Source: an uncultured Spirochaetales bacterium
GTDB taxonomy: Bacteria > Spirochaetota > Spirochaetia > Treponematales > Treponemataceae
Reading direction: 5' to 3'
Assembly: GCA_946061495.1 (NCBI GenBank)
Contig: CAMGSV010000001.1
Location: 1 to 38,413, forward strand
Length of the DNA: 38,413 nucleotides
Shown here in pieces: positions 28,927-37,805 of the stretch; the first letter of the stretch is position 1, and every line of letters begins with the position of its first letter. The notes under the pieces were generated by a model. That model was not told the origin of the DNA and searched no databases. It worked only from the letters and a program-made list of their open reading frames with translations. The translations under genes and the position numbers were made by a program.

Positions 28927-30021
28927 TTATTTTTTCTTCAGCAGGGCGGCGAAGGGATTGTAGGTCTCCCCGTCGTCCTGCTGGCTGCCTAGGAACTGTG
29001 CGGTGTCATTGTCCTGCTGGCTGCTGCTTGCTGGTCGCAGACTGATGCGCCGCTGGTCCAGATCCACGTCCTTCACTGCCACCTCCATGGTGGAGCCTGC
29101 CTTGAACTTGACCCGCAGGTTCGTGTTCCGGTTCTCACCCTGCAGCTCGGAGATATGCACCAAGCCGTCCAATCCCGGTTCCAAGGTCACAAAGAGGCCG
29201 TAGTCGGTGACCCGGGCGATGGTTCCAGTGTGCTTGGAGCCTGCGGGATACTTCTGGCTGGCGGTATCCCAGGGGTCTGCCATGAGACTCTTGAGGCTGA
29301 CGGAGACACGTTCCCGTTCCCAGTCGGTGGAGATGACCTCCACCTGAACTTCCTGCCCCACCTGCAGTACGGTGGAAATGTCCTCCACCCGGCCTCGCCC
29401 CACCTGGGAGATGGGCAGCAGGGCCTTGAAGCCGTCGATGTCCACAAAGGCACCGAAGCTTTGGAGGGATTCTACCCGGCCCTTTACCACGGAGCCCACG
29501 GTGATGTTCTTGCTGATGTCTGCGAGCTGCTGGCGGTGCTCTGCCTCCATCACGGCCCGGTTGGACACCAAGATGTTCCGTCCCTTCTCCTTGTACTCCT
29601 GGATTTTGAAGGTCAGCACTCGACCGATGTAGGCGGCGGCCTCCTCCTTCTGGCGGAATCCCATCTGGGAGTAGGGGCAGAAGGCTCTGGCATTTCCCAG
29701 TTTCACTTCAAAGCCGCCCTTGATTTCCTTTTCCACCTTGCCCTCCACGGGAATGCCGCTCTGCCATGCCTGCTCCAGCATGGAGTTATCAGTCTTGTCT
29801 GCAGATAACTTGGTGGTGAACCGCATCTCGCCGCCCCGCTCGCCGGTGAAGAAGGCCTTGACCTTGTCGCCCTCCTTCAGGCTGCACTGGCCCTCCTTGT
29901 CGGTGAACTCGGCCTTGTCGATGATGCCCTCGCTCTTAGCATTCAAGTCTATAAAAACGCAGTCGTTGGTGACGGCCACCACCACTGCCTCAATCTCTTG
30001 TCCTGGGGTAAGTCTGCTCAT
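28927..30021 (-). CDS. Four-S1-domain RNA-binding protein (RpsA-like)
   Basis: KSEGII, IKGGFEV...AFCPYSQM, FGAFVDI, YGLFVTLEPGLDGLVHISEL. Confidence 0.88.
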   Translation of the reverse strand: MSRLTPGQEIEAVVVAVTNDCVFIDLNAKSEGIIDKAEFTDKEGQCSLKEGDKVKAFFTGERGGEMRFTTKLSADKTDNSMLEQAWQSGIPVEGKVEKEIKGGFEVKLGNARAFCPYSQMGFRQKEEAAAYIGRVLTFKIQEYKEKGRNILVSNRAVMEAEHRQQLADISKNITVGSVVKGRVESLQSFGAFVDIDGFKALLPISQVGRGRVEDISTVLQVGQEVQVEVISTDWERERVSVSLKSLMADPWDTASQKYPAGSKHTGTIARVTDYGLFVTLEPGLDGLVHISELQGENRNTNLRVKFKAGSTMEVAVKDVDLDQRRISLRPASSSQQDNDTAQFLGSQQDDGETYNPFAALLKKK

Positions 30022-30081
30022 ATTCGTTCTAGCTCCTTAATCATTGTTCTTGTTTGACAGTTTCGTCCGCTGGCGACAACA

Positions 30082-30687
30082 TCAGCCATGGACCAGCTGC
30101 TTGATGGCATCCAGCAGCTGGCTGTACTCCGTGAAGGCGGGGATGGCCGGATGGTCGGCGATGATGTGCTCTGGTGCCCGGAACAGGAAGCCAGCCTGGG
30201 AGGCGGTGATCATGGCCAGGTCGTTGAAGGAGTCCCCGGAGGCGATGGTGTCGTAGCCCATGGACTGGAAGCCCTTGATGGCATGGAATTTGCCATTGTT
30301 CTGCCGCATCTTGTAGTCCACAATCTTTCCGTCGGCAGCCACCACCAGCTCGTTGCAGAAGATAGTGGGCATTCCCAGCTTTTCCATCAAGGGGGCGGCG
30401 AACTGGGTGAAGGTGTCCGAGAGGATCACCACCTGGGTCACCCGCCGCAGCTGGTCCAGGAATTCCTTTGCTCCCGGAAGAGGGTCGATGCGGGCGATGG
30501 TGGCCTGAATTGCCTGGAGCCCCAGCTCGTGCTCCTCCAGGATGGCCAACCGCTTCTTCATTAGCACGTCGTAGTCGCTGATGTCCCGGGTGGTGAGCCG
30601 CAGCTCCGGGATGCCAGTGGCCTCGGCAAAGGCAATCCAGATCTCAGGCACCAAAACGCCCTCCAAATCAAGGCAGGTTATATACAT
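30082..30687 (-). CDS. thrH: Phosphoserine phosphatase / homoserine phosphotransferase
   Basis: CLDLEGVLVPEIW, TTRDISDYDVLM, ILSDTF, SGDSFNDLAM. Confidence 0.93.
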   Translation of the reverse strand: MYITCLDLEGVLVPEIWIAFAEATGIPELRLTTRDISDYDVLMKKRLAILEEHELGLQAIQATIARIDPLPGAKEFLDQLRRVTQVVILSDTFTQFAAPLMEKLGMPTIFCNELVVAADGKIVDYKMRQNNGKFHAIKGFQSMGYDTIASGDSFNDLAMITASQAGFLFRAPEHIIADHPAIPAFTEYSQLLDAIKQLVHG

Positions 30688-30894
30688 ATCAATTCCTCGT
30701 GTAGTAGTCTGGCTCCGGGATGGGGCTCCCTGGAGTCGGAAAAATCCCTACCATTGTACCACAAAGCCCGTGGAATTGATAGTACCAGACCCCCTGTCTT
30801 TTTGGCTCAAGCTGTGCTATACTTCATGGTGAAGTCTGTGCCGTGACTGGGATGGCCTTCTCGTCAGTGATAATTTCAGGAGGTAGCCTATATT

Positions 30895-31533
30895 ATGGAA
30901 GGAAAACAGACGCTGGGCGGGGCCGTCAGCAGCTTTGAGCAGCAGTTCAAGAAATTCCAGGATTCGGGCAACAAGCCGCCGGAATTCCTGTTGCCCAAGA
31001 AGCGGGCCGCTGCCAAGACCCTGGCCACAGAGAAGGCCCGCAAGGGAAAGCGGGACGTGGTGGCCGCCTATCGGGAGCTCTTGTGGCCAGAAGCCACCTT
31101 CGGGGACTTTTCCGCCATTGCCCAGCAGCTGGAGGATGACAAGAAGCTTCTGGTGCGGGCCTACGATCTTTTCGTTGCTCTGGTGGACGTGAACCGCCAG
31201 CTGGGAGACCAGGACACCTTCATTGAGGACTTCACCATTGCATCCCCCCTCACCCAGCGGGAGCGCTACACCACTGGCTCGGACTTTGTGTACCTCCAGT
31301 TCTGGCTCCAGTGGGAGGCCAAGCGAACCGACTATGTGCCGGTGCTGCGCCTTGCCCGTGGACAGCCCGGCTGGCAGCTGGTGTTCGTCCCCAGTGGCAG
31401 CTTCTCCTGGACGGACTGGGAGCTTTCCGTGGTGCAGCTTCTGGAGGAGGAGTTCTACAAGGGGAGGATGCCGGGATTAGGCGCTGCCGACGCTGCCGAT
31501 GGCTCTGACGCTGCGGTGGAGGCGAGAAGCTGA
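30895..31533 (+). CDS. Hypothetical protein
   Basis: AGGAGG RBS and host-like codon usage; no motif recognised. Confidence 0.7.
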   Translation: MEGKQTLGGAVSSFEQQFKKFQDSGNKPPEFLLPKKRAAAKTLATEKARKGKRDVVAAYRELLWPEATFGDFSAIAQQLEDDKKLLVRAYDLFVALVDVNRQLGDQDTFIEDFTIASPLTQRERYTTGSDFVYLQFWLQWEAKRTDYVPVLRLARGQPGWQLVFVPSGSFSWTDWELSVVQLLEEEFYKGRMPGLGAADAADGSDAAVEARS

Positions 31534-32144
31534 CAAATGAGCTGAGGAAAGGTGGTCTCACGGTGCATACGCAATGGGGGTACTGTGGCAGAATCCATGG
31601 TGTAGAATTCATATTGTTCTTGTGTGTGGGGCCAACAGATGCCAAGTCCCTGTAATTTACCTTGGAATCTATTGGTGGCGTTGTTGCAGATGACGAGGTG
31701 CTCCAGCTGGGTTACAAGTTCCTGGGACAAGAGACGGATTGATGGGGAAAGGGAAGGGGTATTTAAGATGGCATTTGTAATTTCCCTCAAATCGATATAT
31801 TCGGTGTATACGATATCATAGGAAGTACAACTTTGGCGAAGGGATTGAACTGCCGCCTGCTCTTCCATCGAGGCATTGCTCAGGGAGTCTGTCCATTGGG
31901 TGAAAGTGATACGGAAGCTGGGCAGACTTTCTGTTGCCATGGCGGAGTAGGAGATGCTGGTGACAGTATTCGAATAGAATTCCTTGAAGGATTCCACCGA
32001 GACCAGGGCGAATTCTCGGTCTGTTATGTCAGGTGTTTTTGTAAGATGGGAAAGAATTGCTTTGTAGTTGCTGCCGGTTCCGGGAACGTTGGCTTGGGAG
32101 CCGACAATGTAGGTTGCCTCATGTTCCAGTTGCCACACGGTCTC
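31455..32144 (-). pseudogene. C-terminal half of a clostripain-like (C11) peptidase
   Basis: ETVWQL...YIVGSQANVPGTGSNY, YIDL, GLGICWP resemble the C11 segment after the catalytic Cys; no proper start and no catalytic His/Cys region. Confidence 0.55.
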
Positions 32145-32706
32145 CCTCCTCCACTAGCTGCAGGACTGCCGCCGCCACGAAGGTCTTGGTAATGCTGTAG
32201 ATGTAGTGGAGGGTTCCGCTCCCGTTTGACTCTCTGGTGGACAGGGATGTATAGCCTGTGTCTATGGAAAAGTCCACATCGTTTCCCTGCACCGCTACGG
32301 ATACGGCGGTCTGGATGTTGTGCTGGTCCAGGAAGGAGTGGACGGTCTTGATGAGGGCGGGATGCGAGGTGCTATAGACGTGGCAAGTGGCGCTGGCAAT
32401 TACTTGGCCGTCCCGATTGCACTGGGCCTGGACAGTGTGCCGTTTCTCATGGGGACTGGCGGTGGCAGAAAGTGAGGCTCCTTTGCCCTCTACTGTGCCG
32501 CCGTCCACCAGCCAGGTGATGGCACAGTCTTGCGGCAGATGGCTGGCTGTCACTGTGAAGGTGCTGCTCGGAGCCACCACATCCGACTGTGGCTGTATAG
32601 CGAATGCCGCTGGAGTCTCCTGGTTGTGCCTGCACGCTGATAGGAGCAGGATGGCCAGCACTCCCGCCGCCAGCAGAGAGATTCTATTACTGGTATTTGT
32701 ACACAT
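32119..32706 (-). pseudogene. Lipoprotein with Ig-like domain and truncated beta-lactamase-family serine hydrolase
   Basis: Lipobox LLSAC; YIYSITKTFVAAAVLQLVEEG (SxxK motif), then a stop 7 codons later. The ATG overlaps the 3' end of the upstream gene. Confidence 0.7.
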
Positions 32707-33709
32707 ACAGCGTCTCCTTGCACGGGTTAATTCTGTTTTCGGCGGAATCCTCCTGGCCCTCCGGCAGGTTGAACCAGGTGAAGGTGACGGTGTCCTCCGT
32801 GTCCCGGTGTAGCTCCACGTACTGCGGGGCATCGGGCGCGCCGTCAAAGAGCCGGTACACGGCCTTCTGGTTGGCCTCATCCACGGATATTTCCTTCATG
32901 CCCTGAAGGATGTTTGGTACATCTATCTCACCCCTATCCAGCAGAATTGTTTTTGGAAAACTGTTTGCTATTATAGAACGATCCTTATTTATGTAACCAA
33001 TTAGTTTGCTGTTGTCCGATAACTTTACTTGTCTGTATTTTATTTGCCTCATTGATGTGTCCTGATATACCAGAGCGGGAAGCCAGTTGTATACAGTGCT
33101 TTGGGGATAATATCCTATTTGGGGAGCATATAGTTGTTGGTTTATTATGTCAGTATTATTGATGGTCAGCCTGTAGGTGAAATAATCAATATGATTTTCT
33201 GTCTTAATGAGCTGGAGATTGCATTGGGCTTCTCCTATGATTTCGCCTTCATATCCATGTTTTGCAATGGGATTGTAACTGAATGCTTTTTGATTTTGCT
33301 GGGGAATGGTAATAAAGCTGTTGTCATCGATGATTTTATTCCACAAGTGTAACAGGAGGCAACATTTTCCGTTGTCGAATTCTAGGATAATGTTCATAAC
33401 GGTGACATACAATCGGTAGTTCCCGGTGTATTCTCGTATGGGAACATATTTTCCAGTGCTATCTGGTATAGAGAGGTGTTGAGGAACAATACTTCTGAGA
33501 GGAGCATTGGTGTCTGACTGCCACTGAGACCATTGCGAGAATGCTGCATCGTAAAGGTTCATTCCAACATCGTTTCTTGCCCAGTCAGGATAGTTCATTA
33601 TGAGTGCTCCAATATTTTCCACTCTTTTTTTTTCTGTTAAAGAAGGACAGCCGGTGAGGAGGACGCAGAGGAGCAGGACGGCGGAGATGGGGATTTGTTT
33701 CTTGGTCAT
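32687..33709 (-). CDS. Variable lipoprotein, paralogue 1 (340 aa)
   Basis: AAGGAG RBS, MTKKQ...LLTGC lipobox, conserved C-terminal QKAVYRLFDGAPDAPQYVELHRDT. Confidence 0.85.
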   Translation of the reverse strand: MTKKQIPISAVLLLCVLLTGCPSLTEKKRVENIGALIMNYPDWARNDVGMNLYDAAFSQWSQWQSDTNAPLRSIVPQHLSIPDSTGKYVPIREYTGNYRLYVTVMNIILEFDNGKCCLLLHLWNKIIDDNSFITIPQQNQKAFSYNPIAKHGYEGEIIGEAQCNLQLIKTENHIDYFTYRLTINNTDIINQQLYAPQIGYYPQSTVYNWLPALVYQDTSMRQIKYRQVKLSDNSKLIGYINKDRSIIANSFPKTILLDRGEIDVPNILQGMKEISVDEANQKAVYRLFDGAPDAPQYVELHRDTEDTVTFTWFNLPEGQEDSAENRINPCKETLYVYKYQ

Positions 33710-33771
33710 TGTGGTCTCCTTTGGTAAATTTGTGTGTCGCGTTTCTGAATAGAAAACCGACATACGTCTGA

Positions 33772-35073
33772 TTACTTATGCATCAGATTGAACGAGAAGA
33801 AGTGATAGAAGGGATTGTACGTCTCCCAGCCATTGTCGTATCCATTCCCATCAATCACTTTTATGTACGACCACTTGAAAATCCACCAGCCCTTCTCATC
33901 GTAGGCCACCACATTGCGGTAGTGGAGACCGCCGGTAAGTTGGCTCAGGCCGGACACTCCCCGCCAGTTTATGCCGGGAAGGTTGTTGTTGATGCAGGTG
34001 TTGGGGACAACCCCCAGGGCAAGGGTAACTTTGTAATTCGAGTAGCTTGCCACCGCATTGCCGAGATTCCACGGCCACGTCGCCCCCGTAAAAACGCCGC
34101 TGGTGATAATGCCCATCTTGGATTCCAAGGTGTTCACTCGGCTTGACCAGGAGAGATTGTTCCAAGTTTCAAGATTTTGCAAGCCATTCTCATGGATAAA
34201 GTCCAATAAAAATCCTGCTGAGGTAGGGCCACAATAGTTGTAAGAGGTGGGGTCTGCCTTGTCAATCATTCCCTGATCCACGCTCTTCCTCGGCTCGGAG
34301 CGTGAGCTGCCCCGGAAGGCCATGGAGCCCAGGCTGCCCTTGTTGGCCTTCGCCATGGCCCACAGCTGCGCGGTCTCCTCCCGCCATGCGGCAAGTTCGG
34401 ACTCTATGGCGGCGGTGTCCAGCTGCCCGGCCAGCTCCGGGTGCTGCCCAAGCATCTCCTCGGCGGTCAGCACCCTGGCAAGCTCCCCAGCGTCCTTCCC
34501 GGTTGCCGGATCCAGCACCCGCTGGAACTCCACGCTCCCGCCCCTGCTCACTGACACCGAGGCCACTGCGTGGGAAGGGTAGTCGTCGTCCACGATGCGG
34601 GGAATGTCGTCCTTGTCCAGCGCCCCCGTCAGGTACAGCTGGCTCAGCTCGTCCATGTAGCCGTCCATGGGGAACACCCTTGCGATGGGGCCTCCCAAAT
34701 CCTCCCGGGCGTTTCCGGCGATGGCGGCCACCACCCGCTCCCCGTCCATGACCCGGAACTCGTAGTAGCGCACAGTTCCCTCCGCATCATAGATGGCGAT
34801 GGGAATCTCCCAGAGGGTGGCGGAGGCGGGGAAGTCTCCCGCCGAGATGAAGTCCTCCAGAGCAAGCTGGGCGAACTCCCTGGACAGCTGCCAGTCCACA
34901 ATGCCCTCTCCGCCCCGGCTGAGCATGGCGTTCAGGTCATGCTCGGATGCCAGCAGCTCCATCTCCCGGCGGAGGGAGGTGTCCATGTCCTGCTGGCGGG
35001 TGGCGTTCCCACAGCCCAGCACAAAGGCCGCCATTACCAGGCTGACGGCGGTAATTGTTGTGAATCCTCTCAT
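33772..35073 (-). CDS. Lipoprotein with N-terminal pro-like domain and C-terminal papain-fold (C39/C10-like) cysteine peptidase domain (433 aa)
   Basis: GAGGAGG RBS, lipobox VLGC; YCGPTSA, GATWP, HYRNVVAY, IDGNG fit a Cys-His-Asp/Asn papain-like layout. Confidence 0.65.
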   Translation of the reverse strand: MRGFTTITAVSLVMAAFVLGCGNATRQQDMDTSLRREMELLASEHDLNAMLSRGGEGIVDWQLSREFAQLALEDFISAGDFPASATLWEIPIAIYDAEGTVRYYEFRVMDGERVVAAIAGNAREDLGGPIARVFPMDGYMDELSQLYLTGALDKDDIPRIVDDDYPSHAVASVSVSRGGSVEFQRVLDPATGKDAGELARVLTAEEMLGQHPELAGQLDTAAIESELAAWREETAQLWAMAKANKGSLGSMAFRGSSRSEPRKSVDQGMIDKADPTSYNYCGPTSAGFLLDFIHENGLQNLETWNNLSWSSRVNTLESKMGIITSGVFTGATWPWNLGNAVASYSNYKVTLALGVVPNTCINNNLPGINWRGVSGLSQLTGGLHYRNVVAYDEKGWWIFKWSYIKVIDGNGYDNGWETYNPFYHFFSFNLMHK

Positions 35074-35106
35074 CTTTTTCCTCCTCTTTGGATGAGTGGG
35101 TATAGC

Positions 35107-35268
35107 TCCATTGTGGGGCATGAATTCCCAGTTGTCAAGTTAGGCCAGGGTAATTTTAACGGAATTTTAATTGTTGCATGGATTTAACCTCTTTTTTATA
35201 GATATGGAGTTATCTATAAAAATAAAGATCAATGGCCAGCAGCCCTGCTGCCGTCGCTGCCGTCACGG
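35107..35268 (-). repeat. Inter-cassette repeat R1 (162 bp)
   Basis: Near-identical to R2 and R3; contains minus-strand TTGACA-17-CACAAT and tttttatagata-N6-tatctataaaaa. Confidence 0.95.
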
Positions 35269-35273
35269 AGATT

Positions 35274-36248
35274 CTATTTCTGCACATACAGCGTCTCCTT
35301 GCGCGGTTTAATTCTGTTTGCGGCGGAATCCTCCTGGCCCTCCGGCAGGTTGAACCAGGTGAACAGGACGGTGTCCTCCGTGTCCCGGTGTAGCTCCACG
35401 TACTGCGGGGCATCGGGCGCGCCGTCAAAGAGCCGGTACACGGCCTTCTTCTGGCTATCATCCAAGGAGACCTGCTTCATGCCGCCGTGGTAGAAAAGCT
35501 CGTTGGCAGTGGCCTGCCCCAAGTTGTCATAGCCGTGGGTGGAGGCACTGAAGCACCTGAACCCGGTGGTGACAAGGTCCTGCTCTCTAATTCTTGGTTT
35601 TTGGAACACATACTTTGGATTGTAGGTATCGGGTTCCTTGTGGAATGTATCTGGTAGCCAGCTGGGAACAGTGTTGCTGGTAAAATACGGCTCCTTCATG
35701 GCGGTGAAATCTGTGTTGACCATCTCGGTCTCGGCAATATTGAGTTTGTAGTTGAAAAGGAACTGTTTGTCATCTTCCGATTTTTTTGTCATGGTTACGG
35801 TGGCAGTCTTGTCCTGGGAAGAATCAGAGAAATCGAATTTCGCTGTGCCGGAGAAGGTGAACGAGTCGGGCGTTGTCTGGGGGATGGTGATGTCAGTGGA
35901 GTCGTGGTCGTCCTCCGTCACTTTTGCCAGCCAGACATACAGGAACACGACAGCCATTCCGTCATCAAATTCTATGCCAAGGTTCTGGCCTATCATCACC
36001 AGCCGGTATTTTCCGGTGTAGTCCTGCCGGTTGTATTTAGCTGGCAGCAACTGACTGAGGGCAGATCCTGCCCAATCCTGCCATTTGGAGAACGATTCTC
36101 CGGGGCGGGCAGCGTATGACCATTCAGGCAAATTTGCAATGCCCTTGCCTATGTTCTGGTAGAGGTTCATCCAGCAGTTGCAGGGGCAGCCGGTGAGGAA
36201 GACGCAGAGGAGTAGGACAGCGGCGATGAGAAGTATTTTCTTGGTCAT
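35274..36248 (-). CDS. Variable lipoprotein, paralogue 2 (324 aa)
   Basis: Same RBS/leader (FLTGC) and conserved C-terminal block as paralogues 1 and 3. Confidence 0.85.
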   Translation of the reverse strand: MTKKILLIAAVLLLCVFLTGCPCNCWMNLYQNIGKGIANLPEWSYAARPGESFSKWQDWAGSALSQLLPAKYNRQDYTGKYRLVMIGQNLGIEFDDGMAVVFLYVWLAKVTEDDHDSTDITIPQTTPDSFTFSGTAKFDFSDSSQDKTATVTMTKKSEDDKQFLFNYKLNIAETEMVNTDFTAMKEPYFTSNTVPSWLPDTFHKEPDTYNPKYVFQKPRIREQDLVTTGFRCFSASTHGYDNLGQATANELFYHGGMKQVSLDDSQKKAVYRLFDGAPDAPQYVELHRDTEDTVLFTWFNLPEGQEDSAANRIKPRKETLYVQK

Positions 36249-36285
36249 TGTGGTCTCCTTGAGACAGGTAATGAGCTGGTATACA

Positions 36286-36438
36286 TCCATTGTGGGGCAT
36301 GAATTCCCAGTTGTCAAGTTAGGCCAGGGTAATTTTAACGGAATTTTAATTGTTGCATGGATTTAACCTCTTTTTTATAGATATGGGGTTATCTATAAAA
36401 ATAAAGATCAATGGCCAGCAGCCCTGCTGCCGTCACGG
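36286..36438 (-). repeat. Inter-cassette repeat R2 (153 bp)
   Basis: As R1 but with one fewer 9-bp gctgccgtc unit; palindrome loop tggggt. Confidence 0.95.
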
Positions 36439-36443
36439 AGATT

Positions 36444-37481
36444 CTATTTCTGCACATACAGGGTCTCCTTCCGCAGGACACTCCTGTTCGTGGTGGCATC
36501 TTCTTGGCCCTCCGGCAGGTTGAACCAGGTGAACAGGACGGTGTCTTTCGTGTCCCGGTGCAGCTCCACGTACTGCGGGGCGTCGGGGGCGCCGTCAAAG
36601 AGCCGGTACACGGCCTTCTGGTTGTCATTGTCCACGGAGATTTCCTTCATGCCGCCGTGGTAGGTGGGGGCTGGCAGGTAGGAGGAGTGTTCAAGGTGGA
36701 CGTTGTACACTCCGTTGTTTCCTAGCGCAGGGGGAGAGTAGAAGTGCGTGTAGCTGGTGTAGTGATTCCCCGAAAGCTTCCCTATAATATTGCATTCCTC
36801 GCTGGAATCTTGCCTGGAAGAGCCGTCCTTTCTGACGTAGAGTCTTGACGGCAACCACGTGTGGACGGAATTCTGCTTGTCTGCAAACCATTGTTCAGTG
36901 TAGACATGGAATTTCTCATTGACTATGGGCTGTCCGTCTATGCTCAGGATGTAGGAGAACGTCGTCCGTCCTGTAGCCTCTTGGGTTCCTTTTGTCATAG
37001 TGCAGGCGAATTCTCCGATGTCCTGTCCTCCATAGAAACCGTATTTAGCTGTCCCATTGAAGCTGAATAGGTCGGGATCTGGTTGTGGAATGATGAGGGG
37101 GGTGTCGTAGTTTTCCTTTGTCGGTTCTTCCATGAAAAGGTAGAGCAGCCCGCATTCATACCCGTTGTCAAATTGAATGTAAAGAGTTTGCTCCCCAAGC
37201 TCGAGTTGGTAGAATCCCTTATAGTCGTAGACGCTCATTCTGTCATCAAAGGCAAAGTCTGAGGGGACGAGTTTGCGAAGGCTGCTGGCCTGCTCATCTT
37301 GCCAGAGCTTCCAATCTGACACACCTCCTGTACTTGTGCAGCTTACAGCCCATTGTGGATAGTTTGAAATCAGCCGCCCCCTGAGTTTTACCTCTTCTGG
37401 CAAGGAATACCAAGTTGTACAGCCGGTGAGAAGGACACAGAGAAGCAGGACGGCGGAGATGGGGATTTGTTTCTTGGTCAT
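36444..37481 (-). CDS. Variable lipoprotein, paralogue 3 (345 aa)
   Basis: Same leader (LLTGC) and C-terminal block. Confidence 0.85.
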   Translation of the reverse strand: MTKKQIPISAVLLLCVLLTGCTTWYSLPEEVKLRGRLISNYPQWAVSCTSTGGVSDWKLWQDEQASSLRKLVPSDFAFDDRMSVYDYKGFYQLELGEQTLYIQFDNGYECGLLYLFMEEPTKENYDTPLIIPQPDPDLFSFNGTAKYGFYGGQDIGEFACTMTKGTQEATGRTTFSYILSIDGQPIVNEKFHVYTEQWFADKQNSVHTWLPSRLYVRKDGSSRQDSSEECNIIGKLSGNHYTSYTHFYSPPALGNNGVYNVHLEHSSYLPAPTYHGGMKEISVDNDNQKAVYRLFDGAPDAPQYVELHRDTKDTVLFTWFNLPEGQEDATTNRSVLRKETLYVQK

Positions 37482-37518
37482 TGTGGTCTCCTTGAGACAG
37501 GTAATGAGCTGGTATACA

Positions 37519-37680
37519 TCCATTGTGGGGCATGAATTCCCAGTTGTCAAGTTAGGCCAGGGTAATTTTAACGGAATTTTAATTGTTGCATGGATTTAAC
37601 CTCTTTTTTATAGATATGAGGTTATCTATAAAAATAAAGATCAATGGCCAGCAGCCCTGCTGCCGTTGCTGCCGTCACGG
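37519..37680 (-). repeat. Inter-cassette repeat R3 (162 bp)
   Basis: As R1; palindrome loop tgaggt; homology ends abruptly at 37680. Confidence 0.95.
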
Positions 37681-37805
37681 TTGGTGTGGCGGTTGACAAA
37701 TGCGGGGGAGTGCAGGGGGGATGGTGGAGCCTGTATCCATGAATTCGTAGAAAAGCTTTGTACTAAATTGGATAAATGTAGTGGAATGTGATAGGAGGGG
37801 AGGCT

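Noticed and set aside
32687-37680. Diversity-generating retroelement or classical integron
   Set aside because: No reverse transcriptase or integrase in the window; differences between the constant tails are not confined to adenines; the repeats carry promoters and I see no attC-type structure.
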